From: Bacteroidota bacterium
GTDB lineage: Bacteria; Bacteroidota; Rhodothermia; Rhodothermales; UBA10348
Direction: 5' to 3'
NCBI GenBank assembly: GCA_022567305.1
Contig: JADFHF010000015.1
Span: 1-64,000 of the forward strand
DNA length: 64,000 nt
In this document: positions 9,704 through 19,398 of the stretch, piece after piece
How the letters are laid out: the number at the start of each line of letters is the position of its first letter
Numbering within the stretch: position 1 is the stretch's first letter
Notes under the pieces: generated by a model
Database searches by the model: none
What the model saw: the letters and a program-made list of their open reading frames with translations, nothing else
What the model was told of the DNA's origin: nothing
Position numbers and translations under genes: made by a program

Positions 9704-10855
9704 ATGAGTGACACGGAAACGACCACGGTGCCCAAGACCGCGGATGCTGCTCGTCGGTCCATCTTCGAGGATGTGCTGGCGATGGGTGATATTCAAATCA
9801 ACGGGTCGCGTCCCTGGGACATTCAGATTCATGATGAACGATTCTACAAACACGTCCTGGCCGAGGATGCACTCGGACTGGGCGAGTCCTACATGGAAGG
9901 GTGGTGGGAAGCGGAGGAGTTGGACGCTTTCTTCTTTCATTTGCTCGGAATCGACCTCCGCAAAGTCCGGGTATCCAGGAAGCAGAAATGGACGCTGCTC
10001 AAGGACCGCTTCTTGAACCGGCAGAACACGGCACGCGCCTTTCTAATCGGCGAGCACCACTACGACCGCGGCAACGATCTCTTCCGGGTGATGCTCGATC
10101 GGCGGTTGACGTACACGTGCGGATACTGGAAGGATGCCACTTCGCTGGACGAGGCGCAGGAGGCGAAGCTTGATCTCGTATGTCGCAAGATTGGACTACA
10201 ACCGGGGCAGAAGGTGCTCGATATCGGTTGTGGGTGGGGCAGTTTTATGAAGTACGCGGCCGAAAACTACGGCGTCTCAGCAGTGGGCGTCACCGTCTCA
10301 GAAGAGCAGGCCGCGCTCGGACGCGAGCTTTGCAAGGGATTGCCTGTAGAGATTCGGCTGCAGGACTACCGTGACGTCACCGACCAATTCAATCACGTGG
10401 TCTCCCTCGGCATGTTCGAGCACGTCGGGCCCAAAAACTACCGCACCTTTTTCGAGAAGGTCGACCAGTGCCTGAAAGAAGACGGGGTGCTGCTCTTGCA
10501 CACCATCGGCAACAGGTTCTCCGTTCGCTCCACTGATCCGTTCACGGAGAAGTACATTTTTCCGAACAGCGTCATTCCGTCCATCCGTCAGATCGGAGAT
10601 GCGACGGAGCACCTGTTTGTGATGGAGGACTGGCACAATTTCGGGCAGGATTACGACCCCACCCTGATGGCCTGGAACGAGAACTTCGAGGCTGGTTGGG
10701 AGGAACTGCGCCCGCACTACGGCGACACGTTTTACCGCATGTGGCGCTATTTCCTACTGTCCGGTGCGGGCTCCTTCCGGGTGCGAAAGATGCAGCTATG
10801 GCAGATCGTATTCTCAAAAAGCAGCATCATTGGGGGGTATACGCCTGTCCGGTGA
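9704..10855 (+). CDS. cfa: Cyclopropane-fatty-acyl-phospholipid synthase
   Basis: 383 aa with the SAM-MTase motif VLDIGCGWGSF, VTVSEEQ, LGMFEHVG and the typical Cfa C-terminal region. Confidence 0.85.
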   Translation: MSDTETTTVPKTADAARRSIFEDVLAMGDIQINGSRPWDIQIHDERFYKHVLAEDALGLGESYMEGWWEAEELDAFFFHLLGIDLRKVRVSRKQKWTLLKDRFLNRQNTARAFLIGEHHYDRGNDLFRVMLDRRLTYTCGYWKDATSLDEAQEAKLDLVCRKIGLQPGQKVLDIGCGWGSFMKYAAENYGVSAVGVTVSEEQAALGRELCKGLPVEIRLQDYRDVTDQFNHVVSLGMFEHVGPKNYRTFFEKVDQCLKEDGVLLLHTIGNRFSVRSTDPFTEKYIFPNSVIPSIRQIGDATEHLFVMEDWHNFGQDYDPTLMAWNENFEAGWEELRPHYGDTFYRMWRYFLLSGAGSFRVRKMQLWQIVFSKSSIIGGYTPVR

Positions 10856-10994
10856 CCTGGTAGAAGGAGGATGATAGAGACGGGGCGTGTTTTCCGGATG
10901 ATTCCTTCCAGAACATTCGAGCTTCCTCCTTTATCTCACCGTTTGGTGTGTGCGTTAGAGAATTAAGGAAATGCTGTAGCTGAGTCCGCTCGAT

Positions 10995-11207
10995 ATGTTT
11001 TTCAGAAGTGTGGCTCGTCCTGCTGATGTGAGACTAGAGGTCTTCGGCCTTCTCGGAAAGCGAATTCGAGTGTTGGACCGGGGATTCAAGTCTGGCGGTA
11101 AACTCACAGTCAGATTCGATGCCACTGGCCTCGCTACTGGCGTCTACTTCTACACCCTCCGAACCGGCGACTTCAGCCTGACGAAGAAGATGGTGGTGTT
11201 GAGATAA
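10995..11207 (+). pseudogene. Orphan T9SS C-terminal sorting domain (Por secretion CTD) with no upstream cargo protein
   Basis: The 70-aa ORF ...LEVFGLLGKRIRVLDRGFKSGGKLTVRFDATGLATGVYFYTLRTGDFSLTKKMVVLR is a typical TIGR04183-like CTD. Only 140 nt separate it from the end of cfa. Confidence 0.45.
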
Positions 11208-12282
11208 GCACCTGGTTACGAATGCATCGACATTCACGACGAATAGCTCAGCAGTTGTCACCACCACGTCGACACGTTCTCGAGACGGCTGGCAGAAACC
11301 CGTCAGAAAATTTTTCAAAAAAATATTTCAGAACCCATTGCGTGGCCGAGATAGAGAGCCTGGTGAATCGGCTCAATCCCGTTGAAACGTAATTCGTAAA
11401 AGTGAATTCGAAACTGTTCGAGAGTTCGTACGGGTGATATACATTACATGGTACCCCCTTTTCCTGGGGGGTGGCGCCGTAAACGACCGGTCAGGGACGG
11501 GGATTAATCTTTCTCAAGATGCGCCCCGTTTTTCAGGGAAACCACTGCTGGCTTTTGAGTGGGAATCTGGCCATTTCAAGTCCAACCTCCGGCGCCATAT
11601 CGTTCGAAGCCGATCTTCCTTCTTCATGTTGGACCACGTCCTTGGTGCGTCTTCTCGCTTCTTTACCTTTCCTTGTCGCAGCACGTTCATTGATTCACCC
11701 GCAGCCGCCTGGTTATTACTCAAACTCTACTGCTCAGTGTATCGGCACTCATGTCGAAGACGATAGCCCCGTTATTTGCGTGAGCAGCATCCGATCTTAG
11801 GTACGGAATCTCGTGTCTGAAGGCCTTAATAACCGCAAAGAAACCCGCTAAAGTGGCGAGTTAATCCAAGAGACCGGTCTCCCCCTCTGGGAGGCCGATT
11901 TTATCGTCTAGTAGATCATCTCTCGCAAGAAAAATTGTCCTCCCCCCGTCCCCGGCTCCGTAGAGATTTTCAGCGTGAGAGAGAAATTGAAAAACTCCGA
12001 GCGCGAGATAGACCCGGAGTTTGATGGTCAAAGAGCTGAATTCAATATTCTTTCGGAAGCCACATCGTCCAGTGGTCATACTCTTCAACTGGCGCAGGAG
12101 CATAATCTCCGTTCTCTTTCATCAACCCACCGAGCGGCTCCATCTACGTTTTTTACGAGATGGATCAGCGCCATCCAATTAAAGGGTCCACGCGACTATG
12201 CCACCACGAGGCTTCGAGGATCTATGAAATAACGTGTAAACTCATGGACCCTCTTGAACAAGGACGAATCAAAGAGCACGAA

Positions 12283-13806
12283 CTACCATCGCCCAAGTAA
12301 CGCCGCCGCATCTTCACTGTTATAGCAGCCCAGCGGATCCTCCATAATTTCTGAAAGATATTTTTTCGCCCGGTCCAGGTTTGATTCAACCAACAGCTTC
12401 GCCAACGGCAATTTGGTCCAACAACCGAAGCGGTGGTGGAGTCGATCTTTCTGTTGATTCGGTAACTCGAGGATATGTTCATACAGCATGATTGCCTGAT
12501 CTTTTTTTCCCGCTCTCGCGAATAGCATAGCCTGGGAATCAAGAATCCACCGGTTGTTGGGGTGACGGATCAAAAGCGAATTTCCCATCTCGATTCCTGC
12601 ATCAAGAAACACATCGTCCATAAATTCAGCGAAATAAAAATGTGAAACAATATCACTGGATTCGTTAATTCCGTACCGATCGCGGACCACTTGATACATC
12701 AGCGCGGCCTGATCCTGATTGCCCGTAAAACTGAATAACGGTGCCTGCGCAAGCAATTCACTTTCAAACGTGTACGAGTGCGTCTTTTCAATCTCTTCCA
12801 ATTCATCAATCAAAGAAGCCGACTGAAAATCCGGTTGCGGAATCAGCTCCTCGCCTGAAAAAACGAACAACCTCATAAAACTGTGTGCCAGCGGAGATCT
12901 TTCAACATTTCCCATCAGAAGGCGGAAAGGATCGCTTAATACTCCGCTATTCGCCTGCAAATAAAGACTGATTCCACGCCCAGGAACCCGAAGGAGCAAT
13001 CCGCCTGCCGTATCATCTTGCCCGTAACTCCACATTACACGCTCGCCTTTGAATTGCTGCGTAAACCACCCGAGGCTCACGGGAAGAACATGGCCATCCC
13101 TGTTTCGAGATGGCGTAGTTAAACGGGCAAGGGTACTTGAAGTCAGCAATACGCCGGAGTCAAGAGCTTGAACATACTTCGTCATATCCTGAAGCGTACT
13201 AAACATCCACATGCTAGACGACCCTGCCGGTGAAGGATACAATTTCATGCCTGCGGGTCTCAGTATGAGTTCGTAGAGAACGTCCTCGAACGGTCTGTCC
13301 GTAGCGCCTTCAACGACGTTTACGAGCATCCCGAACCGCGTCGAACCGTACACAAATTCTTGGCCGATCAATCCTTCGGAAGTATGCGTCAATATGTGTC
13401 TGATCGTTACTTCAGGAGGGACATCCAGCGACCGGTCGTATTGGATGACGGGATCAGAAAGATTAATCTGCCCATCTTCCTCCAACTTCAATAACAGGGA
13501 AGCGACGAATATCTTAGCGATGGAGGCAATGTCCTGAAGGGTTGTCGAGCTATACGGTATTTCTGATTCAGCATCTTCGAAGCCCATTTCGCGATTTGCC
13601 AACACCTCTCCGTCTTTGATGATCACGTAAGCAAGACCGGGGATGTCGAGTCTTGTTTTTAAATCGAATACTTCGTGATAGAACGACTCAAATCGATCCA
13701 TTTTTTCTGTGGACTGTGCTGCTATCGGCGACATATAAGCAGCATCGCTCGCACTGATCAAGGTTACGAGTACGACTACGGAGAATCGGCGACAAACGGG
13801 ACTCAT
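12283..13806 (-). CDS. Serine hydrolase, beta-lactamase/PBP-like family, with C-terminal helical (TPR-like) extension
   Basis: 507 aa with a signal peptide. It has the SxxK motif (DIASIAKIF) and a class C beta-lactamase-like fold. The C-terminal 200 aa is helical. Confidence 0.65.
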   Translation of the reverse strand: MSPVCRRFSVVVLVTLISASDAAYMSPIAAQSTEKMDRFESFYHEVFDLKTRLDIPGLAYVIIKDGEVLANREMGFEDAESEIPYSSTTLQDIASIAKIFVASLLLKLEEDGQINLSDPVIQYDRSLDVPPEVTIRHILTHTSEGLIGQEFVYGSTRFGMLVNVVEGATDRPFEDVLYELILRPAGMKLYPSPAGSSSMWMFSTLQDMTKYVQALDSGVLLTSSTLARLTTPSRNRDGHVLPVSLGWFTQQFKGERVMWSYGQDDTAGGLLLRVPGRGISLYLQANSGVLSDPFRLLMGNVERSPLAHSFMRLFVFSGEELIPQPDFQSASLIDELEEIEKTHSYTFESELLAQAPLFSFTGNQDQAALMYQVVRDRYGINESSDIVSHFYFAEFMDDVFLDAGIEMGNSLLIRHPNNRWILDSQAMLFARAGKKDQAIMLYEHILELPNQQKDRLHHRFGCWTKLPLAKLLVESNLDRAKKYLSEIMEDPLGCYNSEDAAALLGRW

Positions 13807-14073
13807 TCTCAGGGATTGGCTAGGTTGGAAACGAACAGAATACGGCTTTTCAAACCGGTACCGTTAGCTACGTAATCGGAACACATACGATTCAAAAAGG
13901 GGCCCGCTAATATTGGACAGGGCCGTTGGTGGAATCTCGCATGCTGATTGCAGGCGCGAGGAGCGACCAAATACTGGCCGCGAGCATCACGCCTTCGGCA
14001 AAGCCGAGCATCGTATCGAGGGCAGCCCTGGACAGCGTGCTGGTGAATACGACACCTGCTGCGCCAGACGCCG

Positions 14074-15381
14074 TTAGTTTTGTCGCAGCATGTTCCCTCG
14101 TGGCTGCTTACGGCGTGGATTGTTCAGCACTACAGGAGTCTCCCAGATGAACTGTCCGCCTCTTTTGTACACCTTCCCGTCTTTCATAACGAATACGACA
14201 TCGCGTAGCGCATGAATGTCATTCAGAGGATTGGCTGGCATGGCAATCAGATCAGCATTTTTTCCGGCTTTTACCTCACCGCTGTTCGCCCCGAGTAGAT
14301 CCGCAGCGTTCATCGTTGCCATACGAAGAATGAATTCGTTCGGGAATCCGGCGTGCACGTAGCTGTCGAGAAATTCGAGCGTCTGCTGACCGCGGGTTTT
14401 TCCCTCTTCATAGTAAACCACGTCCGATCCAAATGCCATTGGAACTCCAATGGCGTACGCTCTCTTGTTTCGTTCAACATTGGCCTGGTGACGGCGCTCA
14501 CCAACTCGAGATGCCGGGAAATCTGTTCCTACCAGGTAGGTACCCCGTTCCTTCATGAGCTCAAGCGTTTCGTCGGACGGATTGAAGCCATGTTCAATGG
14601 AATCCACACCGCCGAGTACAGCATTTCGAATTCCTTCATCGCTGGTAGCATGCGACATGACCTTGACGCCCATGTCGTGTGCCTCCTCCACTGCGACACG
14701 AACATCCTCTTCGGAATAAATGTACGGCTGGTTGTCGATGATGAGCTTAATGAAGGTTGCTCCGTAGTGTACATTTTCACGAACGCCCCTAATAATTTCG
14801 GCGTGTGAATCGGCATACAGGTATTCAGGGTTACCCAGACCAGGCTTTTCGGGCTGCATCTGAAACTGGCCCCCGAACGGTGCGATCATCCTGCCTGCGG
14901 TAACCATATTAGGGCCTGGTATCCAACCTCCTTCAATGGCACGACGGAGTGTCACATCGCCATACAACCCATTATTACCGGTATCGCGGACCCAGACAAA
15001 TCCAGATTCCAACATGGAACGTGCCATCATGGTCCCCTGAGCCACCCGCATGGAGGTGTCTTCAATCAGCGAAGCGTAGTAGTACGATCCGTGATCGTTG
15101 ATGTCAGAGCCGTCCATTTCCATAAGCGCCAGATGGGTATGCGCGTCGATCAATCCGGGCATGACATAATCGTCCATAAGATCAATCACCTCAGCGCCAT
15201 CAGGCGCTGCAACTCGGTCTCCAACGGCGGTTATCATACCATCTTCCACAAGGATCGATTGATTGGTGATGACGCGGCCGGTCGCCACATCAATCAGGTG
15301 CCCAGCACGAATGACAACGGTCTGTGCCGACGACGGGAAAACGGACAACACAAGAAGAAGAAAAGGAAATACGACGCGCAT
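14074..15381 (-). CDS. Amidohydrolase family protein (metal-dependent hydrolase), signal peptide
   Basis: 435 aa with PGLIDAHTHL, a His-rich metal site and a TIM-barrel amidohydrolase signature. Confidence 0.65.
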   Translation of the reverse strand: MRVVFPFLLLVLSVFPSSAQTVVIRAGHLIDVATGRVITNQSILVEDGMITAVGDRVAAPDGAEVIDLMDDYVMPGLIDAHTHLALMEMDGSDINDHGSYYYASLIEDTSMRVAQGTMMARSMLESGFVWVRDTGNNGLYGDVTLRRAIEGGWIPGPNMVTAGRMIAPFGGQFQMQPEKPGLGNPEYLYADSHAEIIRGVRENVHYGATFIKLIIDNQPYIYSEEDVRVAVEEAHDMGVKVMSHATSDEGIRNAVLGGVDSIEHGFNPSDETLELMKERGTYLVGTDFPASRVGERRHQANVERNKRAYAIGVPMAFGSDVVYYEEGKTRGQQTLEFLDSYVHAGFPNEFILRMATMNAADLLGANSGEVKAGKNADLIAMPANPLNDIHALRDVVFVMKDGKVYKRGGQFIWETPVVLNNPRRKQPRGNMLRQN

Positions 15382-15815
15382 GGGAGGACCTCTGATTCTA
15401 GTGGGAGAGTTGACTTACGACAATTCTGCATGAGGATCAAGTACGCATGGCGACCGCGAGGATGCCGGTCTATGACGGGTTGCCAGCGTGATGAACGGGC
15501 GCGACGTGGTGATCAACGCTCTTCAGAGCGGACACGCGGATGCCCATAAAGAGTTTAGCTCCATCTGCTCGGAGCACGTGGATTATGTTTGGAACAACCT
15601 GCTCCCCGAGAGCGGCGGCTAGCGGCGACACGGAGTTCCGGCCTGTAACCTGAACTGACCCCTTCCTGAGTCTCGTTTTTTGGGGGTCAGGTCAGGCTGT
15701 GATTGCGCAAGCTACCCACCTTGCCAACCATTTATAGTTCTTATAGGATCGTAATTTTATGATTCTCCTCGGCCTATTCTGAGACTGGTCGGTCGATGGC
15801 TGGCAAGCTACCACG

Positions 15816-16553
15816 TTAGAAACTCCGGGAGACTCCAAGATTCAGGATGACCGGCGGGCCACCAATCCATTCTGATCCAGCCAGTCGGTAGCCTTTCATC
15901 ACGGCCGATAAATCCGCCCGAAACGAGACGCCGAAACGGGTCGGAACAGAAATGCCGACAGAGACGGTATTCGAGAGGTCACCCATAAATCCATGCTCGT
16001 CTGTTTGATCGAACATAGAATTGAATCCCATATCGGAGCGCGCATCAATATTTTCATGACCAGAAATCGTATGTGTATCCGCGACTAACGATTTGCCAAA
16101 AAGGCCGTTAACGCAAGCACTACCCACCATCCCTACACCCAGCGAGATCTGCATTCCGGACGGATACTTCCATTCTGCATGGACCGATGGCCAGGCAAGT
16201 ATCCAGGGCTCTCCGCCTAATCCATCGGTTGCGGGATAGTAAAAGGCAGGCATTTTGGCGAAGACTCTAAACTTTTCGCCTTTTTGAGAGACGATGCCAC
16301 GAACTCGAAATCCGTAGCCGAAAACACTCGGAGTTCTACCTATAATGGCACCGACAGTAAATCGATCCGAAACACCGTAACTGAGCTCTGTAATTCCCAG
16401 ATACGGAATCCCCGTCGTGGCCGTGATCATCGCCTTGCCGCGCGCCGGGAATAAGTAGTCACCTTTTGATGGCCGAGCGGAAAGCCGTTGTCCGGCTGCA
16501 TTTCCTGGAGCCAAAACGGCTGCCAACACGAGAAACAAACTAATTCGATACAT
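15816..16553 (-). CDS. Hypothetical outer-membrane beta-barrel-like protein, signal peptide
   Basis: 245 aa with signal peptide MYRISLFLVLAAVLAPGNAAGQ. The composition is Gly/aromatic-rich with alternating hydrophobic residues and a C-terminal F. Confidence 0.4.
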   Translation of the reverse strand: MYRISLFLVLAAVLAPGNAAGQRLSARPSKGDYLFPARGKAMITATTGIPYLGITELSYGVSDRFTVGAIIGRTPSVFGYGFRVRGIVSQKGEKFRVFAKMPAFYYPATDGLGGEPWILAWPSVHAEWKYPSGMQISLGVGMVGSACVNGLFGKSLVADTHTISGHENIDARSDMGFNSMFDQTDEHGFMGDLSNTVSVGISVPTRFGVSFRADLSAVMKGYRLAGSEWIGGPPVILNLGVSRSF

Positions 16554-16759
16554 GACATCCTCCCCTATAGTTGAGTGTTTGGGTCGTGACAGCTGGTTTC
16601 GTTTGCTGTCGATGCCAAGATCTCTAGAACCCTACTGGTCAAATCCGACGCTGATAGGGAAAAAAACGAAGTGTCTCGTATGTCTGTGGAAAATGTCTCT
16701 TCAGTCCCTGTCGCGGCTCAACCAAACAGCACACGGGCGATAGCCCCGATACGGTCGTC

Positions 16760-17650
16760 TTATTGGGAAAGCGAATCGGTACAAATGGCGTCCAAGACGG
16801 GCAACCTCGCTATAACATTCTGTAGCTGTTCGCGAATCCAGGTCGTAATCCTGGGATCCGGAAGAAATCCGAGGCTATCCGCGCGGTAGTTGAGACCCTC
16901 AAATACATCCGAATACGGCCCAAAGCCGAAGAGCCGGAAGGGTATGATCAGGACGATTCGGCCTTCAGCTTCTTCTGCGCGCAAGAATGACCTCAGCTCT
17001 TCTTCAACGACCCCTCTTTTGTCGGTCCAGTCCTCGCGAAGTGTATTCACGACAACCTTGTGGAAGGGAGCAGCCGTTCTTACCTGGTCTGCAAGGTCGT
17101 CCATGCGCTGAATCCAGATGTCGTTTTCAACATCATCGCCAGTTCCGTGTCCAACAATGAGAACCGTCTCTTCGGTTGGTTCTGAACTCAGACCCAGTGC
17201 CCGGTCGGCAAGTATGCCGCCCACGGTATACGCATCCAAGAGTCCTGATCGGCTAATCGATGCGGGAACTGCCAGATCAAGGCGCTTTGCCGTTGCACCA
17301 TCATAAGATGGTTTAGGAGGATCGTCCCGTAATCCAAAGGCATATTCCGTCGAATGAAGGAACGATTCAGCGGACATAAAAAGACGCACGATACCGATGC
17401 GAGTGACTCGCCGGTTTAGAAGCTCGTTGACCGCCGTCTGGAGCGTTTTCGGGTCGGCCATTCCAAACGCGACCGCAGTCGGTTGAGCTTCAGTAAGCGG
17501 CACGACGGCATCCAAGACTGCTTTATTCCACTCAGAACTTCCCCCGTGGGCCATTACAAGCAGTCCGACTCTTTCCTCCTCTTGGATTTGCGCTGAGGCC
17601 GAATCGTAGAAATGAAAACATAAAATGGCGAGTAGAACGAGATAGCGCAT
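16760..17650 (-). CDS. CbiX/SirB-like two-domain chelatase-fold protein, predicted secreted
   Basis: 296 aa. Two halves each carry a LLVxxHGS-like motif (VGLLVMAHGGSSEW and VLIVGHGTGDD). There is an N-terminal signal peptide. Confidence 0.45.
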   Translation of the reverse strand: MRYLVLLAILCFHFYDSASAQIQEEERVGLLVMAHGGSSEWNKAVLDAVVPLTEAQPTAVAFGMADPKTLQTAVNELLNRRVTRIGIVRLFMSAESFLHSTEYAFGLRDDPPKPSYDGATAKRLDLAVPASISRSGLLDAYTVGGILADRALGLSSEPTEETVLIVGHGTGDDVENDIWIQRMDDLADQVRTAAPFHKVVVNTLREDWTDKRGVVEEELRSFLRAEEAEGRIVLIIPFRLFGFGPYSDVFEGLNYRADSLGFLPDPRITTWIREQLQNVIARLPVLDAICTDSLSQ

Positions 17651-17659
17651 ACAATCTAA

Positions 17660-17686
17660 CCTTATTTAGATTTAATCTAAATAAGG
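17660..17686. promoter_or_regulatory. 27-bp perfect palindrome (13-bp arms) 10-36 nt upstream of the CbiX-like gene start
   Basis: ccttatttagatt-t-aatctaaataagg in an AT-rich 5' region. It is a candidate operator. Confidence 0.35.
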
Positions 17687-18087
17687 AATCTTGCGTTAAT
17701 ACGCTATCTGATTTTTGTGAATGACGCTTCTTACCGCCGAGCTCCAAAAGACATATACGGCTGGCTGAGATATTGAGGGTGGTTTACACGGAAATCAGCC
17801 ATATTATCTTCCCACGTAGCATCATCATAGGCCTGCATGACGTGCTCGTCGAGTCGCTGAATCTCTTTAAATTCCAGGTACTCCTGAAACTGTCCCAGTC
17901 GGTACAGAAGAACGAAAAACGCTGCGAGTGCCAAAAGGAGCATGGGAAAAAGGGGTCATATCGAGACTATAATATATTGTTACGCCACGAACGGTTCCAG
18001 GATGCACGTATAGGATGCACGAATACATTTGGGAACCTGAAGTGTATATTTTCGCATTTGTATCGCTCCTTTATTACCAACCATAAT

Positions 18088-18633
18088 ATGGCCAACTCCG
18101 AACACGTCAAAATATTGGATCAGGGAATTCCGGCCTGGAACGCCTGGCGCGTGGAGCAACCCAGTATTCATCCAGATCTGTCCGGGATAGATCTCACCGG
18201 GCGGAATCTTGACGGAATCAATCTCGCCCGTGCAAATCTCCAGGGCACGTTTCTTACGGTTACCGAAATGGAGGAAGCGAACCTGGATGACGCGAATCTG
18301 AGTGGTGCCAACTTGACCGGAGCAGATTTGAGTGGCGCTTCACTCAAGCGAGCCACGCTGTCCGGCGTGGATTTGAGTTATGCCACACTGACGAACGCGG
18401 ATTTGTGCGACGCGGTCCTGTCTGAGACGCGTCTCGTGGAAACCATTCTCTTCAACGCCACGATGAGGGGAGTAAGCCTTCGCGATGCCTATTTGAAAAG
18501 AACTATTTTAACTGGAGCCGATCTTACAGGCGCCGACATGTCTGGCAGTCGGATTCGAAATGCAATATTGGAAGGAGCCATTCTCCCCATCAATATTCCG
18601 ATCGATTCCGGTGATCACGGAGAAAACCAGTGA
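18088..18633 (+). CDS. Pentapeptide-repeat protein
   Basis: It starts at MANSEHVKIL (the ORF-track extension from 17773 looks spurious). Many A(D/N)LxxANLxGA pentapeptide repeats follow. Confidence 0.65.
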   Translation: MANSEHVKILDQGIPAWNAWRVEQPSIHPDLSGIDLTGRNLDGINLARANLQGTFLTVTEMEEANLDDANLSGANLTGADLSGASLKRATLSGVDLSYATLTNADLCDAVLSETRLVETILFNATMRGVSLRDAYLKRTILTGADLTGADMSGSRIRNAILEGAILPINIPIDSGDHGENQ

Positions 18634-19388
18634 TCTGCTGATGACCACTGGGTCGGGCTGAATAGCCTCGAATCGAACTCGATGCCGTCGCTCATACTGT
18701 GGTAGAATTCTTCCATCTGTAGATTGCCATCTACGTAGAAAAGAACTTCCGGCGCAACCCAACCGTCACCCAACGGTTCGTACTGGTTGAATTGGATGTC
18801 TTGCTGCGAGGATCCGTCCGGTCCAACATCCTGAAGAAGACGCACGAAATAAAGGCGCTCCTTGTCGATCCAAAATTGTTGCGTCTCCATGTCACCGGCC
18901 TCCGCTCCAACGATATATACCTCCCTTCCCTGCCAGGTCGTGTCGCTGAGGAGACCCAGATCGAATCCGAGTGAATCCAGCTTATTGATGAGCGAAGCCG
19001 AATCCAGGAAGTAGGCATCAAACCCCAACAGGAGTAGAGGATGAAACGTGGGGCGTCCGTCGGTGAGTGTGCCCTGATTGAATACATAGATCGAATCGTT
19101 TCGGAAAATCCAGGTATTACCCGAGGTTGGCTCACCGATATCGATCCGGAGTTTACCGGGAAGCTCCATGGCCTCAAACCACGTCGTCGTATCGGTAGAA
19201 CCATCTGCGCTGTGCTGGATGGTCGTCTGGATGAAGGTCATCGATTCATACCAGGAGCCCTCATACTGGGCTTTCATCGCCACAAGCACTTCAGCCGGAG
19301 TTGTATACTCGATAGGAGCGCTCTCCTCTCCGCCACACGATATCAGGGTGAGTACAATAAATACCGGTGCAAATCGAAACGATTTCAT
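18615..19388 (-). CDS. Hypothetical lipoprotein (lipobox LISCGG)
   Basis: 257 aa with signal peptide plus Cys. No recognisable catalytic motif. Confidence 0.45.
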   Translation of the reverse strand: MKSFRFAPVFIVLTLISCGGEESAPIEYTTPAEVLVAMKAQYEGSWYESMTFIQTTIQHSADGSTDTTTWFEAMELPGKLRIDIGEPTSGNTWIFRNDSIYVFNQGTLTDGRPTFHPLLLLGFDAYFLDSASLINKLDSLGFDLGLLSDTTWQGREVYIVGAEAGDMETQQFWIDKERLYFVRLLQDVGPDGSSQQDIQFNQYEPLGDGWVAPEVLFYVDGNLQMEEFYHSMSDGIEFDSRLFSPTQWSSADHWFSP

Positions 19389-19398
19389 TGACTGAATT

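Noticed and set aside
11430-11730. Possible tmRNA or other structured ncRNA in the ORF-free interval (GGGG-rich start, gttcgaagcc segment)
   Set aside because: There is no tag-peptide reading frame ending in ...LAA-stop, no T-arm GGTTCGAATCC, and no RNase P or SRP consensus blocks. The resemblance is superficial.
15636-15680. Hairpin ctgacccc...ggggtcag between the amidohydrolase and OM-protein genes
   Set aside because: The 20-nt loop contains the T-run rather than following the stem, so it is not a convincing intrinsic terminator on either strand.
17773-18087. N-terminal 105-codon extension of the pentapeptide-repeat ORF
   Set aside because: It has no repeat content and overlaps the promoter/divergent region. 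MANSEHV at 18088 is the more plausible start.
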